Below, piece after piece: positions 27,404-37,244 of a stretch of DNA of 64,000 nucleotides (its first letter is position 1; each line of letters begins with the position of its first letter). Source of the DNA: a virus (Duplodnaviria > Caudoviricetes); IMG/VR virus record IMGVR_UViG_3300008954_002687, positions 1 to 64,000 of that record, one strand, 5' to 3'. The translations under genes were made by a program, and so were the position numbers. The notes below the pieces were generated by a model. The model ran no database searches. It was given only the letters and a program-made list of their open reading frames with translations, and was not told the DNA's origin.

Positions 27404-28455
27404 TGGCACACATCTTTAAAAAGTACAACAAAGAAACAAAGCAAAAAGGTATCTTTGTGATCACCCACAAAGAAATGGATATTTTTAATTATATCCCTGA
27501 AAAACTGCGCGATTTATACTACATCGGCGTTCATTACGGTTCTGCGGCTAATTTACGCGGTGCTCACAAGCAGGAATATCAAGATTTTTGCATGGGAGCA
27601 GAAAGTACGGTATCGTTCCACGGAGCTACACCGTATCGAATTCCCTACAATAGTCGAGCATTTACACCGAGCTACTTTACTGAAGATAAATCAATCCCTA
27701 AATACTGGGATATTATCAACATTTCCAGAAATGCGAATGTGAAAAGGCTTGATCAGTTTCTGATCGCCATTAGAAAGCTTTATGATATGGGGCACATGCT
27801 TAAGGTCCTATTGGTGGTGCCCGGGTGTCACAATGAAAAACGAGAGACTCATTTTGTAGATATTGTAAAAGCATACGAACAATTGTTTAACCGCAAGGAG
27901 AGGGAATCATTTACGCTAATGCGCCTCAGCCCCGAGTTGGGATTTTTGGGTATCTCCCCTTCAACTATTGCTCACTTTTATAAGTCGTCGAAAGCCTTCT
28001 GTTTGCTCTCTTCAGCAGAGGGAGAATCTAGAGTAATTCACGAAGCCCTTCTCTGTGGACTCCCAGTTGTTTGTTATGCAGGACTATTAGGCGGTGGAAG
28101 AGATCACCTAAATGACACCAACTCAGCCCAATTTACTGATTATGAAAACATCCATCTTAGTTTGATTAAAGCAGCCGAGAACGCAGGCAGCCAACTCATA
28201 GTAGACACTGAGAGTCTTTCCGCGGAACTAAGTGAAATAAAAACTATCCCAAAGCTTAAACAATTGTTTGAAGAGATGTATAATAAAGATGGAAACGAGT
28301 TCGACGGCGAGTTGATCAACACTGACGAGCTAAACCTTAGATTGCCGGCACACTATTTAGAAGTCCCGTGGAATGTAGAATCAGGTAATGGGGTTACTGC
28401 TGATATCGTCAGCAAAGAACAAATGACAATATTTATAAAGGAATTAATGAAATGA
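27400..28455 (+). CDS. GT-B glycosyltransferase
   Basis: ISRNANVKR; SSAEGESRVIHEALLCGLPVV. Confidence 0.8.
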   Translation: MMAHIFKKYNKETKQKGIFVITHKEMDIFNYIPEKLRDLYYIGVHYGSAANLRGAHKQEYQDFCMGAESTVSFHGATPYRIPYNSRAFTPSYFTEDKSIPKYWDIINISRNANVKRLDQFLIAIRKLYDMGHMLKVLLVVPGCHNEKRETHFVDIVKAYEQLFNRKERESFTLMRLSPELGFLGISPSTIAHFYKSSKAFCLLSSAEGESRVIHEALLCGLPVVCYAGLLGGGRDHLNDTNSAQFTDYENIHLSLIKAAENAGSQLIVDTESLSAELSEIKTIPKLKQLFEEMYNKDGNEFDGELINTDELNLRLPAHYLEVPWNVESGNGVTADIVSKEQMTIFIKELMK

Positions 28456-29132
28456 GTATATTCACAGAAGAAGACTTTAACCACATTTGGAGTGTCATAG
28501 GACCCCAGCAGAATAGAACTAAATGTCCTGAATGGCGCGCCCGCAATGCGTTCGATAAAGCCAAAGAAATTATCGAAGCAGGAATCGAGGGTGATTTTGT
28601 AGAAGCCGGCTGCTGGAAAGGCGGCATCAGCGCCCTCTTTGGTTATATGTGCGAGAAAGAAGGAAAAGGCAGAAAAGCTTGGGTGTTTGACTCATTTGAA
28701 GGAATGTCAGAAGCGATAGAAAAGATCGACGGCACCGCCGCAATGGCAGAGGACGTCCAACTACGCAATTTTAATCTTGACGACTTCAATGAGACGTGTT
28801 ATGATTTAATGAAACTAAAAGAAGATACATTTCAAGTGTATCCCGGCTGGGTAGATGAGACAATGCTAACAGGCGGTGAAGAATTAGGAGAAATTGCAAT
28901 TTTAAGAGTTGATGTAGATTGGTATGAGCCTACGAAAGTGGTGATTGAGGCACTTTACCCAAAGCTTATTCAAGGCGGTTATTTTATCTGTGATGATTAT
29001 GGTTATTGGAGAGGTGCACGCAAGGCATGCGACGACTATCGAATTGAACACGATCTAATGGACAAGATTCACCAAACGTATAAGGGAACAGCGCTGTACA
29101 TTGGCACCGAGCATTGGTGGCAGAAGTCGTAG
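28452..29132 (+). CDS. TylF/MycF/NovP-family sugar O-methyltransferase
   Basis: IEGDFVEAGCWKGG, FDSFEGM, LRVDVDWYE, DDYGYWRG. Confidence 0.9.
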   Translation: MSIFTEEDFNHIWSVIGPQQNRTKCPEWRARNAFDKAKEIIEAGIEGDFVEAGCWKGGISALFGYMCEKEGKGRKAWVFDSFEGMSEAIEKIDGTAAMAEDVQLRNFNLDDFNETCYDLMKLKEDTFQVYPGWVDETMLTGGEELGEIAILRVDVDWYEPTKVVIEALYPKLIQGGYFICDDYGYWRGARKACDDYRIEHDLMDKIHQTYKGTALYIGTEHWWQKS

Positions 29133-29135
29133 GGT

Positions 29136-29429
29136 ATGATTATTTACATTGACATCGATGAAACCATCGCACAGCCTTCGGAATCTCGTGATTATGCTGA
29201 GAGCACACCAATTGTGGAAAACATCAAGAAAGCAAATAAGCTTTATGATGACGGACACACAATTGTTTATTGGACAGCACGGGGAACAACCACCGGAATC
29301 GACTGGACTGATACCACACGAAATCAGTTAGATGACTGGGGTGTCAAATACCACGATCTTAAGCTTGGAAAGCCCCAGTATGACCTGTTCATCGACGATA
29401 AAGCTTTAAACACTAACGATTGGAAATAA
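29136..29429 (+). CDS. Small HAD phosphatase (capsule-biosynthesis type)
   Basis: YIDIDETI, YWTARG, GKP..DLFIDDKA. Confidence 0.85.
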   Translation: MIIYIDIDETIAQPSESRDYAESTPIVENIKKANKLYDDGHTIVYWTARGTTTGIDWTDTTRNQLDDWGVKYHDLKLGKPQYDLFIDDKALNTNDWK

Positions 29430-29430
29430 A

Positions 29431-30237
29431 ATGATTTTTTCTTTAGAAGGCAAGACCGCTGTTATAACCGGCGCCGCTGGCTATTTCGGAGACTCCTTTT
29501 GCAAGGCGCTCTTGGATTTTGGTTGCAACATTATCCTGCTAGGTCGCGGCAACAAGATCTTAAACAAGACCACAAAATACGAAACTGAATATGGCGATGG
29601 TCGCGCTTGTTACAAACTCGTCGACTTTTATGATGACAAAAAGTTCCAAACAACACTTGAAGAAATAGTGGCAGAGCACGATGTGGATATCCTCGTTAAT
29701 AATGCCTACGAGTTCGGACCCAACACCGGCTTCGGACAAGATGGTCGTTTGGACACCATCCCTAAAGAAAAGTTTATGCGTTCACTAGAATCCGGAGTAT
29801 GGTGGCCAATGCTCGCCACTCAAGTTATCGGAGAACACATGAAAGAGCGCAAGACTGGCTCTATCATTAACATTAGCTCCATGTACGGCATCGTATCGCC
29901 GAGCCCGCATCTCTACGAAGGCACCACATCGTTTAATCCTGCGTCCTACGGCGCGGCAAAAGCGGCGCTGGTGCATCTTACCAAATACACCGCAACGTGG
30001 CTTGGAGAGCACGGTGTGCGCTGCAATGCCATCGCCCCCGGCGCGTTCCCCAATCTCGATAGTGCTACGAATGCACCAGATCCTAAGATCTTAGAAAGGC
30101 TCAATAAGAGCACGGTCCTCGGCAGAACTGGACACGCCGGCGAGCTACAAGGAATTTTAGTTTTCCTTGCGTCCGAGGCGGCTAGCTATGTCACAGGAGA
30201 AACTATCTCTGTTGACGGCGGCTGGATTGCAACATGA
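29431..30237 (+). CDS. SDR oxidoreductase (PtmA-like)
   Basis: TGAAGYFG, NNA, ISSMYG, YGAAK, VDGGW. Confidence 0.9.
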   Translation: MIFSLEGKTAVITGAAGYFGDSFCKALLDFGCNIILLGRGNKILNKTTKYETEYGDGRACYKLVDFYDDKKFQTTLEEIVAEHDVDILVNNAYEFGPNTGFGQDGRLDTIPKEKFMRSLESGVWWPMLATQVIGEHMKERKTGSIINISSMYGIVSPSPHLYEGTTSFNPASYGAAKAALVHLTKYTATWLGEHGVRCNAIAPGAFPNLDSATNAPDPKILERLNKSTVLGRTGHAGELQGILVFLASEAASYVTGETISVDGGWIAT

Positions 30238-30968
30238 AAATTGAGATCGGTGGACAACGCGAAATGGACGGCTGGACGAACCTTGATTTAAGAGAGGGTT
30301 TCAATCTTATTTTAGATGAGTTGCCGGTAGAAGATGATAGCGTAGAATATCTATACATGTCTCACGTCATAGAACATATTCCCTTTGTATATGCGCCACA
30401 AGTTTTACATAAGCTTTATAAGAAAACGAAACCCGGAGGAAAAATTAGAGTTTTGTGCCCCGATATGGATGTCATTGTTAATAAATTGTTTCACGAGAAG
30501 ACTCGCGAGCCGTGGATGAAGCCCGCTGACTGGAAAATAGGGACAGTTCCGTTTACGTACGCAATATTTGGCATCGACGCTATCGCTAATGCTGCGTTTG
30601 TGACATCTCACCCTATGAGAAATTTCGACAATACTTCGACAGATTGTGATCTATATCTTGCTACCCCGGATGGGCGCGTGATAGGAGGGATAACTCACTG
30701 TACATGTTGGAGCGCACAAATGCTGGGAAAAATGCTCCACATTGCAGGATTTAGAAATATTACAAGAACCGGTTTTGAAGAAATAGATACCGGACAAGAA
30801 CGCCTTGGTCAATTGTGTATGAATGGGTATAAATTAGAGGACCCGGAACACACCGGAGGGCTTGGTGAGTTTATACGTTCCCAAGGTCTTTCAGTGACCG
30901 ATATAGCAAACGGGCATTATCCTATTATACCGGATTGGGACGGATGGAGCGGGAAAGTACAAAAATGA
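30234..30968 (+). CDS. SAM-dependent methyltransferase-like protein
   Basis: IEIGG..GWTNLD, SHVIEH, KPGGKIRVLCPD. Confidence 0.8.
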   Translation: MKIEIGGQREMDGWTNLDLREGFNLILDELPVEDDSVEYLYMSHVIEHIPFVYAPQVLHKLYKKTKPGGKIRVLCPDMDVIVNKLFHEKTREPWMKPADWKIGTVPFTYAIFGIDAIANAAFVTSHPMRNFDNTSTDCDLYLATPDGRVIGGITHCTCWSAQMLGKMLHIAGFRNITRTGFEEIDTGQERLGQLCMNGYKLEDPEHTGGLGEFIRSQGLSVTDIANGHYPIIPDWDGWSGKVQK

Positions 30969-31729
30969 ATATTGGTATTATTCAAGGGCGCTTATCTCCA
31001 CCTATTGAGGGTTTCCAAGAATGCCCAGTTGATTGGAAAAGAGAATTTACTCTTCTGCCCGTTGCTGGTTTAACACACATAGAGTGGATTGTGACACACA
31101 AATCTTTTTACAACAATCCTTTTTTTGATACTGATTTAACAAAGTATGCAATTAGTTCTGTTTGCGCCGACAACCTTGTGGATAACAGGATAGCAGACGC
31201 TCAATTTCTGAAAGATAGTCTTCTTCCAATCTGTGACGCAGCTTTAAAAAATAACGTCAAAAACGTAACAATTCCAATTCTAGAAGATTCAGACTTGACA
31301 GACACTAAAAAACGGGATATATTCTGTAGCGAGATAACTGAAATAGGAAAGATATATTCATCACTTAATTTTTCATTCGAGATAGAAAACATCGCTCACG
31401 TGATAGCAGATATCGTTTATCTGCGTGACAACTTTTATTTAACATACGACACTGGGAATATGACTTCGATGCAAGTTAATCATGAGCGGTATTTGCGGAT
31501 GTTTTTTAATAAAATAAATAATGTGCACCTAAAAGATAGAGATGTCGACAACAACACCGTCACACCGGGCACCGGATCCACGGATTTCAATAAAATATTT
31601 GCTTTCTTGAGGAAAAGCGGTTATAATGAGAATTATACCCTTCAAACTGCCCGCGAAGGCGGCGATGAGTTTGAAACAATTTTAAGACACAAAAAGACTT
31701 TAGAGAAGATATATGAAAAATCTATTTGA
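30965..31729 (+). CDS. Sugar-phosphate isomerase/epimerase (xylose isomerase-like TIM barrel)
   Basis: IGIIQGRLS, IEW, YDTGN, VHLKDR, GTGSTDF, LQTAR. Confidence 0.85.
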   Translation: MNIGIIQGRLSPPIEGFQECPVDWKREFTLLPVAGLTHIEWIVTHKSFYNNPFFDTDLTKYAISSVCADNLVDNRIADAQFLKDSLLPICDAALKNNVKNVTIPILEDSDLTDTKKRDIFCSEITEIGKIYSSLNFSFEIENIAHVIADIVYLRDNFYLTYDTGNMTSMQVNHERYLRMFFNKINNVHLKDRDVDNNTVTPGTGSTDFNKIFAFLRKSGYNENYTLQTAREGGDEFETILRHKKTLEKIYEKSI

Positions 31730-32528
31730 CTTAACTGGGAAAACTGCGCTTATAACTGGCGCCGCCGGACTGCTTGGTCCCAAACATGCGGAAGCGATTA
31801 TGGAACAAAACGGAAATGTCATTATTTCTGATCGCGACTATGAGAGAGCCCAAGCAACCTCCACACGACTAAATCAAAAATATGACTGCATGAGAGCACT
31901 TCCAACATATATGGATGTGACAGATAAGGAATCAATTGACGCAGTAATCCAATCGCATCAGCGCATCGATATTCTTATTAATAACGCCGCGAAAGATCCG
32001 AAAGTAAAGAAAGATGCCGGACTCACACCCGAATCTCGCTTTGAAGTCATGACAGAAGAATATTGGAAAGAGGGAATCGACGCCATCATTAACGGCACAT
32101 TTCTGTGCTCGCAGGCTGCAGCCAACAAGATGCTCACACATGGCGGCGGAGTTATATTGAATATTTCGTCCGACTTGGGCGTCATAGCACCTGACCAAAG
32201 GCTTTATCGCCAAGAGGGTTTGGCAGAAGACCAGCAGAACGTAAAACCAATTACATATTCCGCAGCCAAATGGGCAGTAATCGGCATGACGAAGTATCTT
32301 GCAACCTATTACGCTAGCCGCGGCATCCGCGTCAACGCCCTAAGCCCTTCAGGGGTATATAACGACCATCCAGAAGCGTTCAACAAAAAGCTTTCAAGCA
32401 TCATCCCCATGGGTCGAATGTCTCACATTGATGAATACAAGGGCGCGATAATGTTTATGTGCTCAGATGCCAGTTCATATATGACCGGCGAAAATATCAT
32501 TATTGATGGAGGCAAAACTGTATGGTAG
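31713..32528 (+). CDS. SDR oxidoreductase (PtmA-like)
   Basis: TGAAGLLG, NNAA, ISSDLGVIAPD, YSAAK, RVNALSP.G, IDGG. Confidence 0.9.
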   Translation: MKNLFDLTGKTALITGAAGLLGPKHAEAIMEQNGNVIISDRDYERAQATSTRLNQKYDCMRALPTYMDVTDKESIDAVIQSHQRIDILINNAAKDPKVKKDAGLTPESRFEVMTEEYWKEGIDAIINGTFLCSQAAANKMLTHGGGVILNISSDLGVIAPDQRLYRQEGLAEDQQNVKPITYSAAKWAVIGMTKYLATYYASRGIRVNALSPSGVYNDHPEAFNKKLSSIIPMGRMSHIDEYKGAIMFMCSDASSYMTGENIIIDGGKTVW

Positions 32529-33157
32529 TGTCTGTTATACTAGCTCGCGGCGGCTCCAAGGGCATCTATCGCAAGAATGTTGTTGACGTCAATGGAAAGC
32601 CATTATTGCATTACACGATTAAGGCATCGCTTGAATCTGAGGTTGACGAAACATGGGTCAGCACAGATGATGATGAGATAGCCCAAATCGCCGCCCTAAA
32701 CGGCGCTAAAGTATTGCGACGACCACCAGAGTTGTCGGCAGACGTCAGTACATCTGAGTCCGCGCTCATTCACTTCGCTAATTCGGTAGAGTTTGAACAA
32801 CTAGTTTTTATCCAGCCCACATCGCCGCTCCTAAAAGCGAAATATATCAACGAGGGACTATCTATGATGGCTGAATACGACTCGGTCTTTAGTGCATATA
32901 TTCAACATTGGATTCCAAGATGGACCAAATCACTACCATCGGAGCCAATCGGGTGGGACCCTCATAAGCGACCCCGCCGCCAAGACGCCCCCGAAGTGTA
33001 TATTGAAAATGGTTCTTTTTATATAACCACCAAAAGACACCTCATCGATAGCGGACTCAGGTTCTCAGGCAAGATTGGGGTGGTTGAAATGCCTTTAGGC
33101 GAAAGCTACCAAATAGACACTTATGATGATCTAGAGTTTATAAAGAGAGTTATATAA
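32522..33157 (+). CDS. neuA: CMP-nonulosonate synthetase (acylneuraminate cytidylyltransferase)
   Basis: ILARGGSKGIYRKN, VSTDD, QPTSPL, RRQD, ENGSFY, IDTYDD. Confidence 0.93.
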   Translation: MVVSVILARGGSKGIYRKNVVDVNGKPLLHYTIKASLESEVDETWVSTDDDEIAQIAALNGAKVLRRPPELSADVSTSESALIHFANSVEFEQLVFIQPTSPLLKAKYINEGLSMMAEYDSVFSAYIQHWIPRWTKSLPSEPIGWDPHKRPRRQDAPEVYIENGSFYITTKRHLIDSGLRFSGKIGVVEMPLGESYQIDTYDDLEFIKRVI

Positions 33158-33205
33158 AACACAACTTATGTATGTTAAAATTAATAAATATTTCAAGGAG
33201 ACAAT

Positions 33206-34465
33206 ATGAAACACACATTTATAATTGCTGAGGCGGGCATCAACCATAATGGTTCGCTCGACCTTGCGAAGAAGCTAATTGACACAGCGGTGATTGCCGG
33301 CGCCGATGCAGTTAAATTTCAAAAACGGGATATTCATGAGGTGTATGATCCTGACACCTTATCCAAGACCCGTGAGAGCCCATGGGGTACAACGTACCTC
33401 CAGCAAAAAGAGGGAATTGAGTTTTCTGAGGAAGACTTTGATTATATTAATGATTATTGTCGCAAGAACGGCATCGAATGGTTTGTGTCGTGTTGGGATC
33501 TCAATAGTCAAAAGTTTATGAGACGATACGATCTTAAATATAACAAGGTCGCGTCGCCGATGCTTACTGTGACACAGCTGTTAGAAGAGATCGCCAGCGA
33601 AGGCAAACACACATTTATCTCTACTGGGATGAGCACACTTGAAGAGATTGATGCCGCAGTGGAGATTTTCAAGAAGCACGATTGCCCCTTTGAGTTAATG
33701 CATTGCGTGTCGGCTTATCCTCTCGATAATAGCACCGCTAATTTGAATATGATCCACACGCTGCGCCGGCGCTATGCAAAGAACGTTGGCTATAGCGGTC
33801 ACGAGAAAGGACTGCAGATCTCGTTAGCTGCTGTTGCAATGGGCGCCACTTCTGTTGAGCGCCACATCACTCTGGACCGGTCCATGTATGGGTCCGACCA
33901 AGCCGCATCTATTGAGCCTGATGGTCTCATAAGGCTCGTCAGAGACATTAGAATTATTGATGCAGCCATGGGTACCGGCGAAAAAATTCTAAACGATTTC
34001 GAGCAAGTACACCGCGATAAACTGGCTACTCCGTATTGGGTTACCAAGATTGGGTTACCAAGTAAGATGGGAGATGAGTCTAAGGACATCGTCTGTGGCG
34101 CTTGCAATAGACACGAACTTCCTATGAAGCACGTCGACAAAGGCTGGGGTTGGGAACGCTGGATTGTGAACAATGAAGAGTATTGCGGAAAGCTGCTATT
34201 CTTCAATGCCGGCAAGCGGTGTTCTTGGCACTACCACAAGCTCAAAGACGAAGTGTTTTATTTGCAGACAGGAAAGATGATGATTTATTATTCTAAGGAA
34301 GATGATCTTGGTAACGCCAAACAATTAATCTTAAATGCCGGCGACAACTTTCATGTGTATCGTGGACTTAGACACCAAATGGTGGCTCTTGAAGACTCGG
34401 AATTGTTTGAGTTTTCCACAACACATTATGATACAGATAGCTATAGAATCGTTAAGGGGGACTAA
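33206..34465 (+). CDS. neuB: Nonulosonate (NeuB-family) synthase fused to a C-terminal cupin
   Basis: IAEAGINHNG, VKFQKR, STGM, HCVSAYP, GYSGHE, ERHITLDR..GSDQ; cupin KGWG.E...CSWHYHKLKDE...H. Confidence 0.92.
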   Translation: MKHTFIIAEAGINHNGSLDLAKKLIDTAVIAGADAVKFQKRDIHEVYDPDTLSKTRESPWGTTYLQQKEGIEFSEEDFDYINDYCRKNGIEWFVSCWDLNSQKFMRRYDLKYNKVASPMLTVTQLLEEIASEGKHTFISTGMSTLEEIDAAVEIFKKHDCPFELMHCVSAYPLDNSTANLNMIHTLRRRYAKNVGYSGHEKGLQISLAAVAMGATSVERHITLDRSMYGSDQAASIEPDGLIRLVRDIRIIDAAMGTGEKILNDFEQVHRDKLATPYWVTKIGLPSKMGDESKDIVCGACNRHELPMKHVDKGWGWERWIVNNEEYCGKLLFFNAGKRCSWHYHKLKDEVFYLQTGKMMIYYSKEDDLGNAKQLILNAGDNFHVYRGLRHQMVALEDSELFEFSTTHYDTDSYRIVKGD

Positions 34466-35223
34466 TGGAGTTTCAGATCACTAAAGAAGAGTTTGTTGGT
34501 AATTTTGAAAACGCTTGTGAACTTTATGAGCAGCATGGCGTCCTCAAGGTACTCGGCTATTTTGATGCCGAGAGCGTTAACAGTGTGCGCGTTGAGCTAT
34601 CTGCAGTATATGATAAAATCCCAGACTTCACAAACGTCGAATTCGGTTATGGCGGTATCCGGAAGCACAATGTCCACGAAACCGGCAAATCGATGCGGAT
34701 TATAAACCCTAAATACTATAAAACATTTCCTCGAATGGTTTCTTTGATTGCAGCCGATCAGCACCTAGACAGGTTTCTTAATCATTTCTATCCGCCGCCC
34801 AACAGAAAGCTCATGCAAATTTTCACCACTCACGAGTCACACGCTGTCGACGCCGACGAAGTGCCCCGCAACTCATGGCTACACTTCGATCCCTACCCTG
34901 CTCTCAAATACGCCGTGATGTTACAGGAGACCGATGAGGATAATGGAGCATTATTTGTTATACCAGGCTCACACCCAGAGGGGAAAGAGGTTCGAGAGAC
35001 GTTGTTAGAGCACAAAAGCAGTTTTAAGAAAGGCTTTTCTCATAGATTTATTGATTACGAAGATATATACGAATCAAAATACTCAGAAGATGACAAAATT
35101 TATATTAACGCATCGGTCGGAGACTTGCTGATCTTAAACACCGACGCATGGCACGGTGGTGGCGTTCTCAAGTCGCAAACTCGCGATAGGATGGCGATTT
35201 ATTACCACAACAGACAACAATGA
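34465..35223 (+). CDS. PhyH-like 2OG-Fe(II) dioxygenase
   Basis: LHFD, NGALFVIPGSH, GDLLI...WHGG...R. Confidence 0.85.
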   Translation: MEFQITKEEFVGNFENACELYEQHGVLKVLGYFDAESVNSVRVELSAVYDKIPDFTNVEFGYGGIRKHNVHETGKSMRIINPKYYKTFPRMVSLIAADQHLDRFLNHFYPPPNRKLMQIFTTHESHAVDADEVPRNSWLHFDPYPALKYAVMLQETDEDNGALFVIPGSHPEGKEVRETLLEHKSSFKKGFSHRFIDYEDIYESKYSEDDKIYINASVGDLLILNTDAWHGGGVLKSQTRDRMAIYYHNRQQ

Positions 35224-35894
35224 AACTATTGAATAAGATAAAAGAAACTCCATTTGTAATGGAAGAGCAACAGTTCACACCCGGCAACGGGTGTTCTGTC
35301 GTTGGGAGTTCTGGCAATTTATTAGATAATGAATATGGTACAGCTATTGACGCTAGCGACGATGTGATTAGATTTAATGGCGCCAAAACCACATCGTTTG
35401 AGAAACATTGTGGTTCGCGCACAACTTTCCGCCTCATGAACTGCCACAGTATCCTTAATATTGAGAATAGTGCCTACTTTGCGCAGCAAAAAGAGAGACA
35501 TCCGCAGCTTGATAGGGAGCTTTTGTACAAAATAGAGGGCGAAATCATCGTTTTTAAGACCGATCCTACATGGGAATTGTGGCGAAAAACCCACATTTTA
35601 GACAAAGTAAGACAAAAAAATGAGGTTTATTTCATTCATGAAGACTTTTATAAGCTAGGAAACAAGCTAAATGGGGGCAAAGAGGCTACAAACGGCTTTA
35701 TAGGGCTACTGATGGCGCTCCGCTTTTACACTCAGATTGATTGTTACGGGTTTTCGTTTTACGATCCGCACGTAAAGAAGCACTATTTCGACGAAATTAA
35801 CAATTATAACATGACAGCGGGTCATGATTTCGATAACGAAAAGAAAATCTTTTCACTTTTCGAAAAGAGTGGTATAATAAACATACATGTATAA
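35220..35894 (+). CDS. GT29-family (animal-type) sialyltransferase
   Basis: Sialylmotif L CSVVGSSGNL....GTAIDASDDVIRFNGA......GSRTT; S ATNGFIGLLMAL.....CYGF; III HYFD; VS HDFDNE. Confidence 0.88.
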   Translation: MKLLNKIKETPFVMEEQQFTPGNGCSVVGSSGNLLDNEYGTAIDASDDVIRFNGAKTTSFEKHCGSRTTFRLMNCHSILNIENSAYFAQQKERHPQLDRELLYKIEGEIIVFKTDPTWELWRKTHILDKVRQKNEVYFIHEDFYKLGNKLNGGKEATNGFIGLLMALRFYTQIDCYGFSFYDPHVKKHYFDEINNYNMTAGHDFDNEKKIFSLFEKSGIINIHV

Positions 35895-35903
35895 GGTAAT
35901 ATC

Positions 35904-36737
35904 ATGAAATTAGGACTAATAGGACGAGGATTCGTTGGAAACGCAATCTACGAAAACATGAAAGATGTGTATCCAATCGCCGTATATGACAAAAACGATG
36001 ACTTAGCGACTTGCGGCAGTGTACGAGATGTCTGTCACAACTCTGATATTATTTATGTGGCGCTCCCAACCCCCATGAAAAGTACTGGTCAGTGCGATTT
36101 GTCGATTATTTATAATGTAGTGGCGCAAATTTCTTATTGGTATAACGATAATATCGTCATAATCAAGTCCACAATACCTCCCGGCACCTGCGAAAACCTC
36201 ACAAAAGCCAACCCGGAGCTAAAGATTGTATTCAGTCCTGAATTTTTAACCGAAAGGAACTCTGTTGAAGACTTTAAGACATGTAATCGGGTTATTTTTG
36301 GTGGAGAGACAGAGCACACCGACGCTTGTGTCGAAATGATGCAAAAGGCATTTCCCGATAAGCAGTATGAACAGACGGATTGGAAGACTGCCGAAATGGT
36401 TAAATACTTTATAAATACTTTTCTCGCATGCAAGGTGTCTTTTGCTAACGAGATAAAACAAATTTGCGACATAATTGACACAGATTACAATAAAGTTAGG
36501 GATTTAGCCCTCTTAGATCAAAGAATTGGAAATAGTCACTTAAAAGTTCCGGGACCTGATGGTATACTAGGTTTCGGTGGTACGTGCTTTCCTAAAGATT
36601 TAAACTGTTTAATATACTTTGCAAAGAAAAACGGTATCACCCCAAGCGTATTAGAAAGCGCGTGGAACAAGAATTTACAAATTAGAGAAGAAAAGGACTG
36701 GCTCTCCATGTTCGGAAGAGCTATTTCAGAAAAATAA
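35904..36737 (+). CDS. ugd: UDP-glucose/GDP-mannose 6-dehydrogenase family (short phage form)
   Basis: GRGFVG, LPTP, IKSTIPPG, PEFL.E, AEMVKY..N, GFGGTCFPKD. Confidence 0.9.
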   Translation: MKLGLIGRGFVGNAIYENMKDVYPIAVYDKNDDLATCGSVRDVCHNSDIIYVALPTPMKSTGQCDLSIIYNVVAQISYWYNDNIVIIKSTIPPGTCENLTKANPELKIVFSPEFLTERNSVEDFKTCNRVIFGGETEHTDACVEMMQKAFPDKQYEQTDWKTAEMVKYFINTFLACKVSFANEIKQICDIIDTDYNKVRDLALLDQRIGNSHLKVPGPDGILGFGGTCFPKDLNCLIYFAKKNGITPSVLESAWNKNLQIREEKDWLSMFGRAISEK

Positions 36738-36749
36738 AAAGGAAAAACA

Positions 36750-36971
36750 ATGAACAACACTACAAAATATAAACTATCCAACCAAGCCTTGGGCGCTGTA
36801 ATGATGGCGCTCCAAGAATCCTTGCTTAATGAATTGGACATCGTTCCGATTCTTAAGGGATTTGAATTGGAGGAAGGAAACGAAGGCTTAGTTGTGACTA
36901 ACCCGCCCACAGTACGGTTTAGCGACGACAGCACTGTTACCAGCGACGATCTTGAAAAGATAGTCACATAA
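36750..36971 (+). CDS. Hypothetical phage protein
   Basis: 73 aa, AAGGA RBS. Confidence 0.65.
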   Translation: MNNTTKYKLSNQALGAVMMALQESLLNELDIVPILKGFELEEGNEGLVVTNPPTVRFSDDSTVTSDDLEKIVT

Positions 36972-37244
36972 ATGCCGCGCTACTTATACGAGTGCGAAAA
37001 CTGTGGAGAAACAGAAACTGTTCTTCACGGAATAAAAGAAGTACATAGCGAGTGCTCTGCCTGTCAGTCTATTGACTGCATGCAAAAGCTATTTACGAAT
37101 TCATTTGCTATTAAAAAAGCCAACAAAACTCTTCGAGACAAGTCAGCAGTGGGAGAACTCACCAAGAAATACATCGAAGAAAACAGAGATATCTTAAAAG
37201 AAGAGCAACAGAAGGCTCTGAAGGAGACCCATGAGCCGTCTTGA
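36972..37244 (+). CDS. FmdB-like zinc-ribbon protein
   Basis: MPRYLYECENCG...CSAC. Confidence 0.8.
   Translation: MPRYLYECENCGETETVLHGIKEVHSECSACQSIDCMQKLFTNSFAIKKANKTLRDKSAVGELTKKYIEENRDILKEEQQKALKETHEPS

Noticed and set aside
22586-36737. Bacterial capsule/O-antigen locus, i.e. host chromosome or prophage flank
   Set aside because: No wzx/wzy/ABC export or housekeeping genes; contiguous with phage sigma and baseplate genes on the same strand
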